Notes: generated from the sequence alone by a model not told the origin. Counted from the stretch's first letter, positions 19,952-30,624 are shown. The stretch is 64,000 bases of DNA from Clostridia bacterium (GCA_045638525.1 JAZUBQ010000005.1:76989-140988); one strand, 5' to 3'. Made by a program: numbers and translations.

Positions 19952-20888
19952 TATCGCTTTATTAAAAGATGCAATTCTAACGAGTGACCGTATTTTAATT
20001 TTAACCCATAGTTCCCCTGATGGTGATGCTTTGGGTTCGGTTGCAGCATTAAAACAAATCATTGGAAAATTAGGCAAAGAGGCAGACTGCTTGTTAGAGG
20101 AGCTCTGCCCTGCCCGTTTTCCCCATTTACAAAAATATTTTTCAGTCAAAGAAGCTACGGATGAACAGTATGACCTGGTGATTTTAGCTGATTGTGCCGA
20201 CAAAAAAAGAACCGGTGTTAGGTATCTTCCACCAAAAAATCTTTGTTTTTTTGATCATCACATTTCCAACCCTAAAGAAGGACAAATCAATGTTGTAAAT
20301 CCGGATGCGGCAGCAACCTGTGAAATGGTGTATGACTTGCTGGAAGAATGGAATATCCCCTGCGATTGCGAAATTGCAGCAGCAATTTATACGGGAATTT
20401 TAACTGATACCGGTGGTTTCTTATTCCAGAACACTACAAAAAAAACGCACGAAATTGTCGCTGATTTGCTAAATTATTCTTTTGACAGAAACAGCATTGT
20501 ACGAATTAGCTTCCAGGAAAAATCTTTAACATACAGCAAGCTTTATGCTCACTTGTTTGAAACGTTATCCCACAGCAAGGAATATTCCGCCGTCATCGGT
20601 TTTATTGATTATACAACTTATACAACCCTCGGTGCTACAACAGATGACACAGACGGGTTATCAGCAGCACTCCGAAATATTTCAGAAGTGGAATGTGCAG
20701 TTTTATTGACGGAACGTGAAAAAGGATTTATCAAAGGAAGCGTTCGCTCCAACGACCGATATAACGCTAATGAACTGGCAAATCTGTTTGGTGGTGGCGG
20801 ACATATGAGAGCAGCAGGGTTCAAAACAACACTCTCTTATCAAGAAATTAAGGACAAAATTTATGAATGGTTATCTACTCGTCAATAA
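19941..20888 (+). CDS. nrnA: DHH/DHHA1 phosphoesterase (NrnA-like oligoribonuclease / pAp phosphatase)
   Basis: Motifs THSSPDGDALGS, FFDHH and GGGGHMRAAGF. Confidence 0.8.
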   Translation: MKNNIALLKDAILTSDRILILTHSSPDGDALGSVAALKQIIGKLGKEADCLLEELCPARFPHLQKYFSVKEATDEQYDLVILADCADKKRTGVRYLPPKNLCFFDHHISNPKEGQINVVNPDAAATCEMVYDLLEEWNIPCDCEIAAAIYTGILTDTGGFLFQNTTKKTHEIVADLLNYSFDRNSIVRISFQEKSLTYSKLYAHLFETLSHSKEYSAVIGFIDYTTYTTLGATTDDTDGLSAALRNISEVECAVLLTEREKGFIKGSVRSNDRYNANELANLFGGGGHMRAAGFKTTLSYQEIKDKIYEWLSTRQ

Positions 20889-21771
20889 GCCAAAAGGTCC
20901 AACATCTCACGATGTGATATACCGGGTAAGACGCATTGCAAAAACAAAAAAAGTGGGTCACACCGGAACCCTGGATCCTATGGCAACCGGTTTAATGGTT
21001 GTTTGTATCGGTGATGCAACCAAAGCCGCAGATTACATCACAAACGGAAACAAAGCCTATCTTGCTACGATGAAATTAGGCTTTGTTTCTGATACATTGG
21101 ATAACACAGGGGAAATTACCCCCCTACCCAAAAAAGAAATATCAGAAGATAAAATCCGAGAAGTCTTTTCTTCTTTTATCGGACAATACGCACAAACTCC
21201 TCCGATGTATTCCGCAAAAAAAATTGATGGAAAAAAACTTTATGAATTGGCTCGTAAAGGGGAAACCATTGAAAGAAAATCGGTTATGGTTTCTATTTTA
21301 CAGTTAGAAATCAATTCCATTATGGATGGTACCATTACTTTTTATGTTGAATGTTCCAAAGGAACCTATATTCGTTCCTTAATTGATGATATTGGAAAAA
21401 AATTAAATTATGGTGCCATTATGACAGAATTGCAACGGGTTCAATCCGGGCAGTTTTCAACGGATTCCAATCGTTGTTACACTTTAGAGGAACTGGAAAA
21501 TATGGATTCCATCAAGCCTCTGTTACACCCTATTGATACGGCTTTTGTAGACTATCCCAAGCTAACGGTATCTCCACATTTGGAGAAGTTGATTAAAAAC
21601 GGAATTCGTGTTGATCTGAAGCGATTGGGGTTAGCTGATGAAACCGAAGAAGGCAAACGGTTTCGTGTTTACAATCAAGACGATCATTTTTTTGCAGTAA
21701 TGGAAATTTTCGAGCAAAAATTTTTAAAGCTTAAAACAACATTTTTTCACAACGGAGATACAAGCGAATGA
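20863..21771 (+). CDS. truB: tRNA pseudouridine(55) synthase TruB
   Basis: GHTGTLDPMATGLMVV contains the catalytic Asp. A PUA-like C-terminus is present. Confidence 0.93.
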   Translation: MNGYLLVNKPKGPTSHDVIYRVRRIAKTKKVGHTGTLDPMATGLMVVCIGDATKAADYITNGNKAYLATMKLGFVSDTLDNTGEITPLPKKEISEDKIREVFSSFIGQYAQTPPMYSAKKIDGKKLYELARKGETIERKSVMVSILQLEINSIMDGTITFYVECSKGTYIRSLIDDIGKKLNYGAIMTELQRVQSGQFSTDSNRCYTLEELENMDSIKPLLHPIDTAFVDYPKLTVSPHLEKLIKNGIRVDLKRLGLADETEEGKRFRVYNQDDHFFAVMEIFEQKFLKLKTTFFHNGDTSE

Positions 21772-22658
21772 AACAAATAAAGGTTTCCCAACAAAAAACA
21801 GTTGTAACTATCGGAAACTTTGACGGATTACACACCGGCCATTTACAACTCATAAAAAGAACAAAAGAAATTGCAAAAGTAAACGGGTACAAAAGTTTGA
21901 TTTGTAATTTCAGCTGTAATACCAAAGGTGCATCAGCTATTTCTTCAAAAGCTCAACTAAAAACATCACTAAAAAAATTAGAAGTTGACTTTTTGACCAC
22001 ACTTGACTTTACTGATGCAGTCAAAAACTTAAGTTGCAACGAATTTGTTTATGAGTACTTACACAAAAATTTTCAAGCCAGAGTTGTTGTGATTGGTGAA
22101 AATTTTCGTTTTGGAAAAGAGCAGTCCGGTAATTGTGAAACCTTAGAAATGTTAGGAAAAGAATTTGGCTTTTCAGTCGTAGTTGTAAAAACTGTTTATG
22201 TAGGGAATCTTCCCATTTCTTCAAGCAGAATCCGTCAATGGTTACAAGATGGGAAAATTGAACTTGCAAATAAGTATTTGTTTGAACCATTTTCTGTGAT
22301 TGGCACGGTGCAAAAAGGATACTCCGCCGGAACCAGTTTACTTTCATATCCCACCGCAAACATCAAAGTACCAAAAAACATCCCCCCACTCCCCTTTGGC
22401 GTATATCAAACAACAACTGTGGTTGAAAACGAGCAATATAACAGTATCACCAACATTGGATATGCTCCCACCTTACGAAAAAAATCTCCCGTCATTGAAA
22501 CTCATATCTTGCAATATTCGGGTGATCTCTACCAAAAAAGAATAAAAATTATATTTCACAAATACATTAGAAAAGAACGAAAATTTTCAAGCATTGAAGC
22601 CTTGAAACAACAAATCTCAATCGACCTTTCAAAATGCACTTTTGAAACTGTTGAATAA
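21768..22658 (+). CDS. ribF: Bifunctional riboflavin kinase / FAD synthetase
   Basis: GNFDGLHTGH marks the N-terminal adenylyltransferase. YPTANI and ETHILQYSGDLY mark the kinase domain. ATGA start/stop overlap with truB. Confidence 0.9.
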   Translation: MKQIKVSQQKTVVTIGNFDGLHTGHLQLIKRTKEIAKVNGYKSLICNFSCNTKGASAISSKAQLKTSLKKLEVDFLTTLDFTDAVKNLSCNEFVYEYLHKNFQARVVVIGENFRFGKEQSGNCETLEMLGKEFGFSVVVVKTVYVGNLPISSSRIRQWLQDGKIELANKYLFEPFSVIGTVQKGYSAGTSLLSYPTANIKVPKNIPPLPFGVYQTTTVVENEQYNSITNIGYAPTLRKKSPVIETHILQYSGDLYQKRIKIIFHKYIRKERKFSSIEALKQQISIDLSKCTFETVE

Positions 22659-22664
22659 AAAAGG

Positions 22665-23471
22665 ATGAACAAAATGAAATTCGTTTTCAAAAAACAAAAT
22701 AATATTGAATATTACACTGTCCCCGAACTATACGAGGCAGGTTTTTATAACATTTTCACCACAAAACGTCACGGACACAGTTTCGATACAAAAGAGTTGA
22801 ATTTCGGAACAAATTGTGGCGATAGCGAAAACTCTATTTTAGAAAACTATAAAGATGTTTTAAAGCTTATGGATTCTACTCCGGATATGGCAGTAAAATC
22901 CAGACAAACTCATAGCGACATTACTTTAACCGTTGACGAAACTTATGGCGGCGAAGGAATTTTAAAAGAACAACGATACGAAGAAGCTGATGGTCTGATT
23001 ACAAAAAATAAAGATCTTGCAGTTTTAATTTTCTTTGCAGATTGTGTCCCTGTTTTAATCGCAGACCCCAAGAAAAGAATCTCAGCAGCCATTCATTCCG
23101 GATGGAAAGGAACTCAAAAAAACATTGTTGGAAAAGCTGTGAAACAGTTGATTGATGACCATCAATGTGATCCCAAAGATTTGCTTTGTGCCGTTGGTCC
23201 TTCCATCGGCGTGTGCCATTTTGAGGTCAGTGAAGATTTATTTGTGGATATGACCAATCGCTATGGCAATGAAATCGGAATCATCAAAAACGAAAAATAC
23301 TATCTGGATTTAAAAAAAGCTGTGACTATTCAACTGATGTGTCAAGGTGTGTCAGAACAAAACATTGCTGTTTCCGACCTGTGTACAGTTTGTGAGGAAG
23401 ATTTGTATTCTTTCCGTCGCGAAGGCGAAGCAGCCGGTCGAATGGCGGCTTTTATTAAACAAAGATTTTAA
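22665..23471 (+). CDS. pgeF: PgeF/YfiH family (Cu-oxidase_4, peptidoglycan editing factor / purine nucleoside phosphorylase-like)
   Basis: 268 aa. The motifs FFADCVPVLIADP, IHSGWKGT and CTVCEEDLYSFRREG follow the characteristic His-Cys-His pattern. Confidence 0.85.
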   Translation: MNKMKFVFKKQNNIEYYTVPELYEAGFYNIFTTKRHGHSFDTKELNFGTNCGDSENSILENYKDVLKLMDSTPDMAVKSRQTHSDITLTVDETYGGEGILKEQRYEEADGLITKNKDLAVLIFFADCVPVLIADPKKRISAAIHSGWKGTQKNIVGKAVKQLIDDHQCDPKDLLCAVGPSIGVCHFEVSEDLFVDMTNRYGNEIGIIKNEKYYLDLKKAVTIQLMCQGVSEQNIAVSDLCTVCEEDLYSFRREGEAAGRMAAFIKQRF

Positions 23472-23498
23472 AAGAAAACAGAAAGTTGAGTTAGAAAA

Positions 23499-25052
23499 TT
23501 GAGAAGTCACATCATAAAGAACTGTATCTGCTTTTTTCTTCTCTTATCAATTTTATGCGGATGTCAAAATCAAAACGATACTCCAAACAATGAACCGTTA
23601 TCCGTGACGGATGCGAATGTGAATACATCTAAAATTACCATTGGTGCATATGGAACAGAAGAACAAAATCCTCTGATGATTCGCACCAATTATAACGAAC
23701 AGATGAATCTATTGATTTATGACAGTTTATATACCATAACACCAAAATTTGAGGCAGAAGAAAATTTAGCTGCAGGTTACGAAATTAAAAATGAAGGATA
23801 TTCCGTTCTCCTGTTCATAAAACCCAATGTTGTGTTTCACGACGGTTCCAATCTGAGTGCTCACGATGTGAAAGCAACCATTTCGTTTCTGATGGAAAAT
23901 CCGGGATACTACAGTCACAATATTCGGAACATTCAGGCTGTATCTGTCATTGACGATTACACTTTGCAACTTGATTTAGCATATCTTACCCCAAATTTAA
24001 AACTCCAGCTTACCTTCCCGATTCTTTGCAAAAAACAGTTACTCAGTCAACCGAATTTTGAATTTAACGGAACCGGTCCCTATAAAGTTGCGTCACAAAC
24101 AAAAGGGAAACAAATTATTTTAGAAAAAAACAAAAATTATCATCAGAAATTTTCAACCGATATCAAAACTGTTGAAGTTTCTTTAATTCCTGACCGTGAA
24201 ACTGCACGTTCACTGGCAAGCAGTGGAATGCTTGATATCTTTTATTCTGCGTTCTACGATGAAGGGTTGAAATCAGTTACAAAATATGAATCATTTAAAT
24301 TTGATTATATCACTGATGAATATACCTTTATTTCGCTGAATTACAATTCTCCTCACATTCAGGAAAAAAAATTCCGCAAAGCTTTATACAAAGCAATCGG
24401 CAGAGATAAAATCAAAGACGACATTTTTATGACCCATGCACAAAGCACCTATCTGCCACTCCCACCCGGAAGTTGGGCATATAATGAATCCAAAGATAAC
24501 ATACAAAACATCGAAGAAGCAAAACGCTTACTCAGCGAATTGGGCTATTCCGATGTCGATAATAACAACATCATTGAAATATACGAAAATGATGAAAAAA
24601 AAGAATTGGTGTTTGACCTGTTAACCATTGATGATCTCACCAAAAGAGCCATCTCGGAACAGTTGGTTTCCGATTTTAAAGAAATCGGAATCAGTTTACG
24701 GGTGCACTATGTAACCAAAGAAGAATTTCCGGCAGTTTATGCAGAACAAATCCACAATTTCTATCTTATTACTACCAATATCGGATATGATTTGGATCCC
24801 ACCAATTTCTTTAGTGGAACCTTTGCGGCACCTGTAGAAAATCAATATGAAAACTATCTGAAAAAATTTGGAACCGCTGATAAACTGGAATTAAAACAAC
24901 CGGAATATATGCGTTTATGCGATGAGTTTTATGAAACTATCCCGCATATTCCATTGGTGTTTTTGCAAAACACTATGTTTACCAGTCAGAAAGTCAGTGA
25001 TATTTCAGAGGTATCTCCCTCACATTTATACAGCAATATCATTCAAAAGTAA
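23499..25052 (+). CDS. ABC-transporter family-5 (peptide/nickel type) substrate-binding lipoprotein, orphan
   Basis: 517 aa. Lipoprotein signal LLLSILCGC. The layout is SBP_bac_5-like (FHDGSNLSAHDVKATI, GTGPYKV). No permease or ATPase genes are adjacent. Confidence 0.75.
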   Translation: MRSHIIKNCICFFLLLSILCGCQNQNDTPNNEPLSVTDANVNTSKITIGAYGTEEQNPLMIRTNYNEQMNLLIYDSLYTITPKFEAEENLAAGYEIKNEGYSVLLFIKPNVVFHDGSNLSAHDVKATISFLMENPGYYSHNIRNIQAVSVIDDYTLQLDLAYLTPNLKLQLTFPILCKKQLLSQPNFEFNGTGPYKVASQTKGKQIILEKNKNYHQKFSTDIKTVEVSLIPDRETARSLASSGMLDIFYSAFYDEGLKSVTKYESFKFDYITDEYTFISLNYNSPHIQEKKFRKALYKAIGRDKIKDDIFMTHAQSTYLPLPPGSWAYNESKDNIQNIEEAKRLLSELGYSDVDNNNIIEIYENDEKKELVFDLLTIDDLTKRAISEQLVSDFKEIGISLRVHYVTKEEFPAVYAEQIHNFYLITTNIGYDLDPTNFFSGTFAAPVENQYENYLKKFGTADKLELKQPEYMRLCDEFYETIPHIPLVFLQNTMFTSQKVSDISEVSPSHLYSNIIQK

Positions 25053-25070
25053 CCGGAGGAGGAATTTCTT

Positions 25071-26108
25071 ATGGAAAATGTATTAATTTTATTTGGCGGT
25101 GAATCCCCTGAACATGACGTCTCTAATATTTCTGCCGCTAATATTTTAAATGAAATTGATTCTTCTCGCTATCAGATCACTAAAGTCGGAATCACAAAAG
25201 ACGGAAAATGGTACCTCATTTCCGATGATTGTACAAATGAAGATATCAAAAGCGGAAACTGGATTTCCAAAATTGAAGCAACTGCTGTTATTTCACCCTC
25301 AAAAGAACAACGTGGATTGTTAGTATTGAAAAATGATTCTATCACAACAATTCCCATTGATGTATGCTTCCCTGTCTTACACGGTAGTAACGGAGAAGAC
25401 GGAATGATTCAGGCACTTTTACAGCTTGCCGGAATCAAACGGGTAGGTGCAAACTGTCTTTCCTCTGCGATGGCGATGGATAAAGCAGTCTCCAAAACTA
25501 TATTTGAAAAAGCCGGGATACCGGTTGTACCTGCAATCTATCTTAACAAAAATGATGATTGGGATAAGATAAAAAATGAAATGTCATTACCCTTATTTGT
25601 AAAACCTGCAAATGCAGGTTCTTCGGTTGGTTGTTCTAAAGTATTTAAGGAAGAAGAGTTAAAAGAAGCTTTGGAAAACGCTTTTCGTATTGATAGCAAA
25701 GTTCTGGTGGAACAATACATAGATTGTCGTGAAATCGAGTGTGCTGTTTTGGGAAATGAAACTGTTTTTGTTTCTGCTCCCGGTGAAATTTCAACCGAAA
25801 GTGAATTTTATGATTTTGACAGCAAATATATCAATACCCAATGTAATCATTTGGAAATTCCTGCTAATTTACCTGAAAGCACCAAAGAAATCATCAAAGA
25901 TTATGCTAAAAAAGCGTTTTTAGCGTTAGGATTGAGTGGGTTCTCACGTGTCGACTTTTTCATTGATAAAAATACAGGTGCGATTTATCTGAATGAAATT
26001 AACACCATTCCTGGATTTACTGCACAAAGTATGTATCCCTTACTGATGAAAAACGAGGGCATCTCTTACAGAGATTTGCTGGATAAATTGATTGAATTAG
26101 CTCAATAA
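25071..26108 (+). CDS. ddl: D-alanine--D-alanine ligase
   Basis: 345 aa, ATP-grasp fold. Motifs FGGESPEHDVS, FPVLHGSNGEDG and LNEINTIPGFT. Confidence 0.93.
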   Translation: MENVLILFGGESPEHDVSNISAANILNEIDSSRYQITKVGITKDGKWYLISDDCTNEDIKSGNWISKIEATAVISPSKEQRGLLVLKNDSITTIPIDVCFPVLHGSNGEDGMIQALLQLAGIKRVGANCLSSAMAMDKAVSKTIFEKAGIPVVPAIYLNKNDDWDKIKNEMSLPLFVKPANAGSSVGCSKVFKEEELKEALENAFRIDSKVLVEQYIDCREIECAVLGNETVFVSAPGEISTESEFYDFDSKYINTQCNHLEIPANLPESTKEIIKDYAKKAFLALGLSGFSRVDFFIDKNTGAIYLNEINTIPGFTAQSMYPLLMKNEGISYRDLLDKLIELAQ

Positions 26109-26124
26109 AAAGGAAGTGATTTCA

Positions 26125-26943
26125 ATGCATTCTTTCGACCCCAGACCCATTGGTGTATTTGATTCCGGACTGGGTGGTTTGACCGCTGTAAAAGAATTGG
26201 TAAATATTCTGCCTAATGAAACCATCGTTTATTTTGGGGACACCGGCAGAGTTCCATACGGAACCCGTTCCAACGATACCATCATCAAATATGTCCGTCA
26301 GGATATTCGTTTTTTAGCAACTCATAATGTAAAAGCAATTATTGCTGCCTGCGGAACTGCAAGTTCGGTTGCACTTCCACATTTAAACAACGAATTTGAC
26401 ATTCCCTTAATCGGAGTGTTGGAGCCGGTTTGTCTTGCTGCAACAAAATCATCCAAGAATCAAAAAATCGGTGTATTGGGAACTCCGGGCACCATCCAGA
26501 GTGGTGCTTATAAAAAAGGGATTACCAATATTAACCCGAATTTTACTGTGTTTGAAAAAGCTTGTCCGATGTTTGTTCCCCTAGTGGAAAACGGATACTT
26601 GGAAAGCGAAGCAACCTATATTATCGCCAGAGAATATCTTGCCCCTTTAATGGAAGAAAATGTTGATACCATTATTTTAGGTTGCACCCACTATCCCCTT
26701 TTAACCAAAGTGATTACCGATATTGTGGGAAGCGATGTTGCAATTATCAACGCAGGATACGAGACTGCTCAATATGCAAAAAAAATGTTAGCTGAAAACG
26801 GATTGCTTTCTAACACTGACGTTACGGGAACCTGCAGATATTTTGTAAGTGATGACGTGGAAAAATTTTCGTATCTTGGTGGAATGTTTTTAGAAAAACA
26901 AATTCCATCCGGAGTAACTAAAATCGATATTGAAACTTTTTAA
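26125..26943 (+). CDS. murI: Glutamate racemase
   Basis: Motifs IGVFDSGLGGLT, AACGTAS and LGCTHYPL. Start at ATG 26125 after AAAGGAAG. The ORF-track GTG at 26116 is less likely. Confidence 0.93.
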   Translation: MHSFDPRPIGVFDSGLGGLTAVKELVNILPNETIVYFGDTGRVPYGTRSNDTIIKYVRQDIRFLATHNVKAIIAACGTASSVALPHLNNEFDIPLIGVLEPVCLAATKSSKNQKIGVLGTPGTIQSGAYKKGITNINPNFTVFEKACPMFVPLVENGYLESEATYIIAREYLAPLMEENVDTIILGCTHYPLLTKVITDIVGSDVAIINAGYETAQYAKKMLAENGLLSNTDVTGTCRYFVSDDVEKFSYLGGMFLEKQIPSGVTKIDIETF

Positions 26944-26999
26944 GTTTTTTAATCTTTTTTTAACAGTTAAACACAGTTTTTCAAAAAGGAGGTTTTAGG

Positions 27000-27440
27000 A
27001 TGAAAAAACCTATCAAAAAAAGTATGCTTTTAACCTTTAAAAGCAATATGAAAAATTTAGAAGAAGAGAAAGATCAGATTGAATTTATTACCAATGCAGA
27101 ATTGGTAAAACAAAATGATAAATACTATGTTACTTTTTGTGATACTGAAATGCCGGGCAATGATACACCTTCAAAAACCACTTTAAAAATCGAAAATGAT
27201 AAAGTGACTTTATTGCGATACGGAAGCAGTAACACACAATTTATTTTTGAACAAGGCAAAAAACACACCGGACAATATGAAACTCCCTACGGAGCATTTT
27301 CAGTTGGTGTTTTCGCTGATAATTTGTCAGTAGATATTACCGAAAATGGTGGAAGTTTAGATGTTTCCTATGGGATATATTTAAACGATTTAATCTCACA
27401 ATATAACGAACTTTCCATCCACTTAAAGGAACACAAATAA
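27000..27440 (+). CDS. DUF1934 domain protein
   Basis: 146 aa beta-barrel-like protein immediately upstream of argS. This is a conserved pairing in Firmicutes (established knowledge). Confidence 0.65.
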   Translation: MKKPIKKSMLLTFKSNMKNLEEEKDQIEFITNAELVKQNDKYYVTFCDTEMPGNDTPSKTTLKIENDKVTLLRYGSSNTQFIFEQGKKHTGQYETPYGAFSVGVFADNLSVDITENGGSLDVSYGIYLNDLISQYNELSIHLKEHK

Positions 27441-27460
27441 ACAGAAAGGATAAAAAAACA

Positions 27461-29149
27461 ATGAGAAATTTTTTAAAAGAAATGAAAGAAACCATCAACA
27501 ACATGGTGTTTTGTGCTTATAAAGAAGCATTTATGAACGGAGATCTCCCCAAACTTGGTGAATACATATCCGATATTGAAATTCCGAAAGATCGCAATCA
27601 CGGTGATTTTTCTGTTAATTTTGCAATGAGAAACGCAAAAGCTCTGCAAAATAATCCCAGAAAAATTGCTGAAATTATTATCAGCCATTTGGATATCGAG
27701 GAAACCGATATTGAAAAATGTGAAGTTGCAGGTCCCGGATTCATCAATTTTTATTTAAAAGAAAAATTCTATGCAAACAGTGCAAAAACTGCATTGGAAC
27801 TTGGCGATGACTTCGGGAAAACCAATGTAGGAAACGGTAAAAAAGCAAATGTGGAATACATTTCCGCAAATCCCACCGGTCCGATGCACGTTGGGAATGC
27901 AAGAGGCGGTGCAATCGGCGATTGTATGGCAAATATTCTTTCCTGGGCAAATTATGATGTAACCAAAGAATTCTATGTTAACGATGCCGGCAACCAAATT
28001 GAAAAATTCGGTATTTCTTTGGAAGCAAGATTTATTCAGCTTGTGAAAGGTGAAGATGCCATCGAATTCCCGGAAGATGCATATCACGGAGAAGATATCA
28101 TTGACTCCATGAAAGCTTTTATTGAAGCATATGGCTCTGATGACTATATTGATATGGATTCTACTGAACGCAAAAAGAAATTCGTTGCTTTTGCTTTGGA
28201 AAGAAACTTAAATGCATTGGTTACAGATACAGGAAAATACGGAATTAACTACGATGTATGGTTTAGAGAAAGCAAACTTCATCAGGAAAATAAAGTATTT
28301 GAAGTAATTGCAAAATTAAAAGAAAAAGGTCTTGCATATGATCAGGATAATGCAACCTGGTTTGCATCCACCAAATTCGGTTCCGAAAAAGATGACGTTT
28401 TAATTCGTACCAACGGAATTCCCACTTATTTCGCTGCTGATATTGCATATCACGCCGATAAATTTGAACGCGGAAACGAATTGCTCATCAATGTATGGGG
28501 TGCGGACCATCACGGTCATATCGAACGTTTAAAAGGTGCACTTTCTGCATTGGGGTATGATGGAGACAAGCTTCACATTATTTTAATGCAGTTGGTTCGT
28601 TTGATCAAAGATAATGAACCCTACAGAGTTTCCAAACGAAGTGGGAAAGCAATTTCATTAAACGATTTGATTGATGAAATTGGAAAAGATGCCGCAAGAT
28701 TCTTCTTCAATCTGCGTCAGCCTTCCAGCCACTTTGATTTTGATTTGGACTTAGCTGTATCTCAGAGCAATGAAAACCCTGTGTTCTACTGTCAGTATGC
28801 ACACGCCCGAATTTCCAGTATTTTAAGAGTATTAAAAGAAGAAAATATTTCATACAACAATCAGGGAGACTTTACTTTATTAAAAGAAAAAGAAGAAAAA
28901 ATACTGATGGAAAAACTGATTCAGTTACCCGAAGAAATCGAAGCAGCAGTTGTAAGCTACGACCCCTCAAAAATCACAAAATTTGTATTGGATGTATCTG
29001 CCGATTTTCACTCTTTCTACAATGCTTGCCGTGTTAAAATTGATGATGAAGCTCTCATGCAGGCAAGAATCGGTTTGGTAATGCTTACTAAAAATGTAAT
29101 TAAAAATACATTGACAATTTTAGGAGTTGAAGCTCCTGACTCCATGTAA
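27461..29149 (+). CDS. argS: Arginine--tRNA ligase
   Basis: 562 aa. Class I motifs ANPTGPMHVGNARG (HIGH region) and VSKRSGKA (KMSK-like). The C-terminal DALR anticodon-binding region is present. Confidence 0.95.
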   Translation: MRNFLKEMKETINNMVFCAYKEAFMNGDLPKLGEYISDIEIPKDRNHGDFSVNFAMRNAKALQNNPRKIAEIIISHLDIEETDIEKCEVAGPGFINFYLKEKFYANSAKTALELGDDFGKTNVGNGKKANVEYISANPTGPMHVGNARGGAIGDCMANILSWANYDVTKEFYVNDAGNQIEKFGISLEARFIQLVKGEDAIEFPEDAYHGEDIIDSMKAFIEAYGSDDYIDMDSTERKKKFVAFALERNLNALVTDTGKYGINYDVWFRESKLHQENKVFEVIAKLKEKGLAYDQDNATWFASTKFGSEKDDVLIRTNGIPTYFAADIAYHADKFERGNELLINVWGADHHGHIERLKGALSALGYDGDKLHIILMQLVRLIKDNEPYRVSKRSGKAISLNDLIDEIGKDAARFFFNLRQPSSHFDFDLDLAVSQSNENPVFYCQYAHARISSILRVLKEENISYNNQGDFTLLKEKEEKILMEKLIQLPEEIEAAVVSYDPSKITKFVLDVSADFHSFYNACRVKIDDEALMQARIGLVMLTKNVIKNTLTILGVEAPDSM

Positions 29150-29167
29150 CAGAAAGGAGTTTTCTAA

Positions 29168-30586
29168 ATGAAAAAAAGGCTGACAGCCCTTCTTCTCGCA
29201 TTATGCATTGTATTGGCACTTCCCTTTTCTGCTCATGCAATCAGCATGAACAATAAAAAAGAATTACTGCGCTATATCTATTTTAGTGCAGTAACCAATG
29301 CAAAAGCAGATGTTGATACCGTAGATTTATTCTTAGATACGCTAATGAAGCTGATCGGAGAATCAGACGAAGAATATGAGAAAGCACTAAAATATTTCAC
29401 ACAGTCTATTGATGAATACGGGGACTATATTTCCCCCGAAGAATCAGTGGAAGTGGAAGCCGATTTGATGGGGACTTCCGGCGGTATCGGTTCAACCGTA
29501 GAAATGCGAAATGACAAAATTTATGTAGTGAATATTCTGCCCGGATCTCCATCTGAAAAAATGGGCGTTCAAGTCGGACATGCCATCGTAAAAGTTGACG
29601 GAATATCGTTAGAAGGAATGTCCTTAAATGAAGCTTTAACCTATATTCGTGGGGAAATCGGAACGGAAGTTGTTATTACGTTTGAAGACGTTGCAGGCAA
29701 TCTCTATGATATGATTCTCGTTAGAGATTTGATTGAAATTGCTTCTCTCTCTTATTCCACTTTTACCAATTATCCCAACATCGGCTACATTGAAATCACC
29801 AATTTTTCTACCACCACAGGTGACGAACTGAGAACTGCAATTACAGAGTTGAAAAGTAAGAATGTAGATAAACTGATTTTGGATTTAAGATACAATGGTG
29901 GTGGTGTATTGTCAGGTGCCATTGACGTTGCCGGTGTATTTTTGGAAGAAGGAAAAGAAATTGTTACCGTTGAACCCAAAGATGAAGAATTAAAGGAAAC
30001 TTATTATGCATCCGGACAACTTTTTGACGGAGAAATGATTATTTTAGTTAACGAATATACTGCCAGTGCTTCCGAAGTGGTGACCGGTGCGTTAAAGGAT
30101 CACGGAAGAGCTTACGTTTTCGGTGAGATTACTTATGGAAAAGGGACTGTACAAAACCTCTTTCCCCTTCCCTTCTTTGGTGGATATTTTAAATATACCA
30201 TTGCGGAATATCTAACTCCCAACAAAACATCAATCAACTATATTGGCATCAAGCCGGATTTAACAGTGTTTAATAAAAGCTATCATCTCACAGAGGAAGA
30301 AATCCCCCGGTTTACATTTGCAAGAGTGATGCGTGTGGGTGATACCGGTGAAGATGTTAAAAACATAAAAACAGCATTAAAAACACTAAACTACCAGTTG
30401 AATGATACGGATATCTTTGATACAGATACTTTTAACGCGGTGAAATCATTCCAGAAAAAAACAAATTTATACCCCTATGGTGTCTGTGATTACACAACCC
30501 AGCAAGGAATCAAAAATGCATTATTAGAAACCCTGTTTTTTGAAGATACACAGCTTAATACCGCATTGGAAGAATTAACACAATAA
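29168..30586 (+). CDS. ctpA: S41 carboxy-terminal processing peptidase with PDZ and peptidoglycan-binding domains
   Basis: Signal peptide. PDZ domain (GIGSTVEMRNDKIYVVNILPGSPSEKMG). Motifs LILDLRYNGGG, NEYTASASEV (catalytic Ser) and TYGKG (catalytic Lys). C-terminal PG_binding_1-like GDTGEDVKNIKTALKTL. Confidence 0.85.
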   Translation: MKKRLTALLLALCIVLALPFSAHAISMNNKKELLRYIYFSAVTNAKADVDTVDLFLDTLMKLIGESDEEYEKALKYFTQSIDEYGDYISPEESVEVEADLMGTSGGIGSTVEMRNDKIYVVNILPGSPSEKMGVQVGHAIVKVDGISLEGMSLNEALTYIRGEIGTEVVITFEDVAGNLYDMILVRDLIEIASLSYSTFTNYPNIGYIEITNFSTTTGDELRTAITELKSKNVDKLILDLRYNGGGVLSGAIDVAGVFLEEGKEIVTVEPKDEELKETYYASGQLFDGEMIILVNEYTASASEVVTGALKDHGRAYVFGEITYGKGTVQNLFPLPFFGGYFKYTIAEYLTPNKTSINYIGIKPDLTVFNKSYHLTEEEIPRFTFARVMRVGDTGEDVKNIKTALKTLNYQLNDTDIFDTDTFNAVKSFQKKTNLYPYGVCDYTTQQGIKNALLETLFFEDTQLNTALEELTQ

Positions 30587-30589
30587 TAG

Positions 30590-30624
30590 AATGGCTATAG
30601 CAAATAAATTTTGCTATAGCCATT
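30590..30624. terminator. Bidirectional terminator hairpin between ctpA (+) and glnA (-)
   Basis: AATGGCTATAGCAA-ATAAATT-TTGCTATAGCCATT, a 14-bp stem, followed by a T-rich run. Confidence 0.8.

Noticed and set aside
26944-27460. T-box leader or other riboswitch upstream of argS.
   Set aside because: argS starts 20 nt after the DUF1934 gene, and only 56 nt precede DUF1934. That is too short, and neither a specifier-loop nor a T-box sequence is seen.
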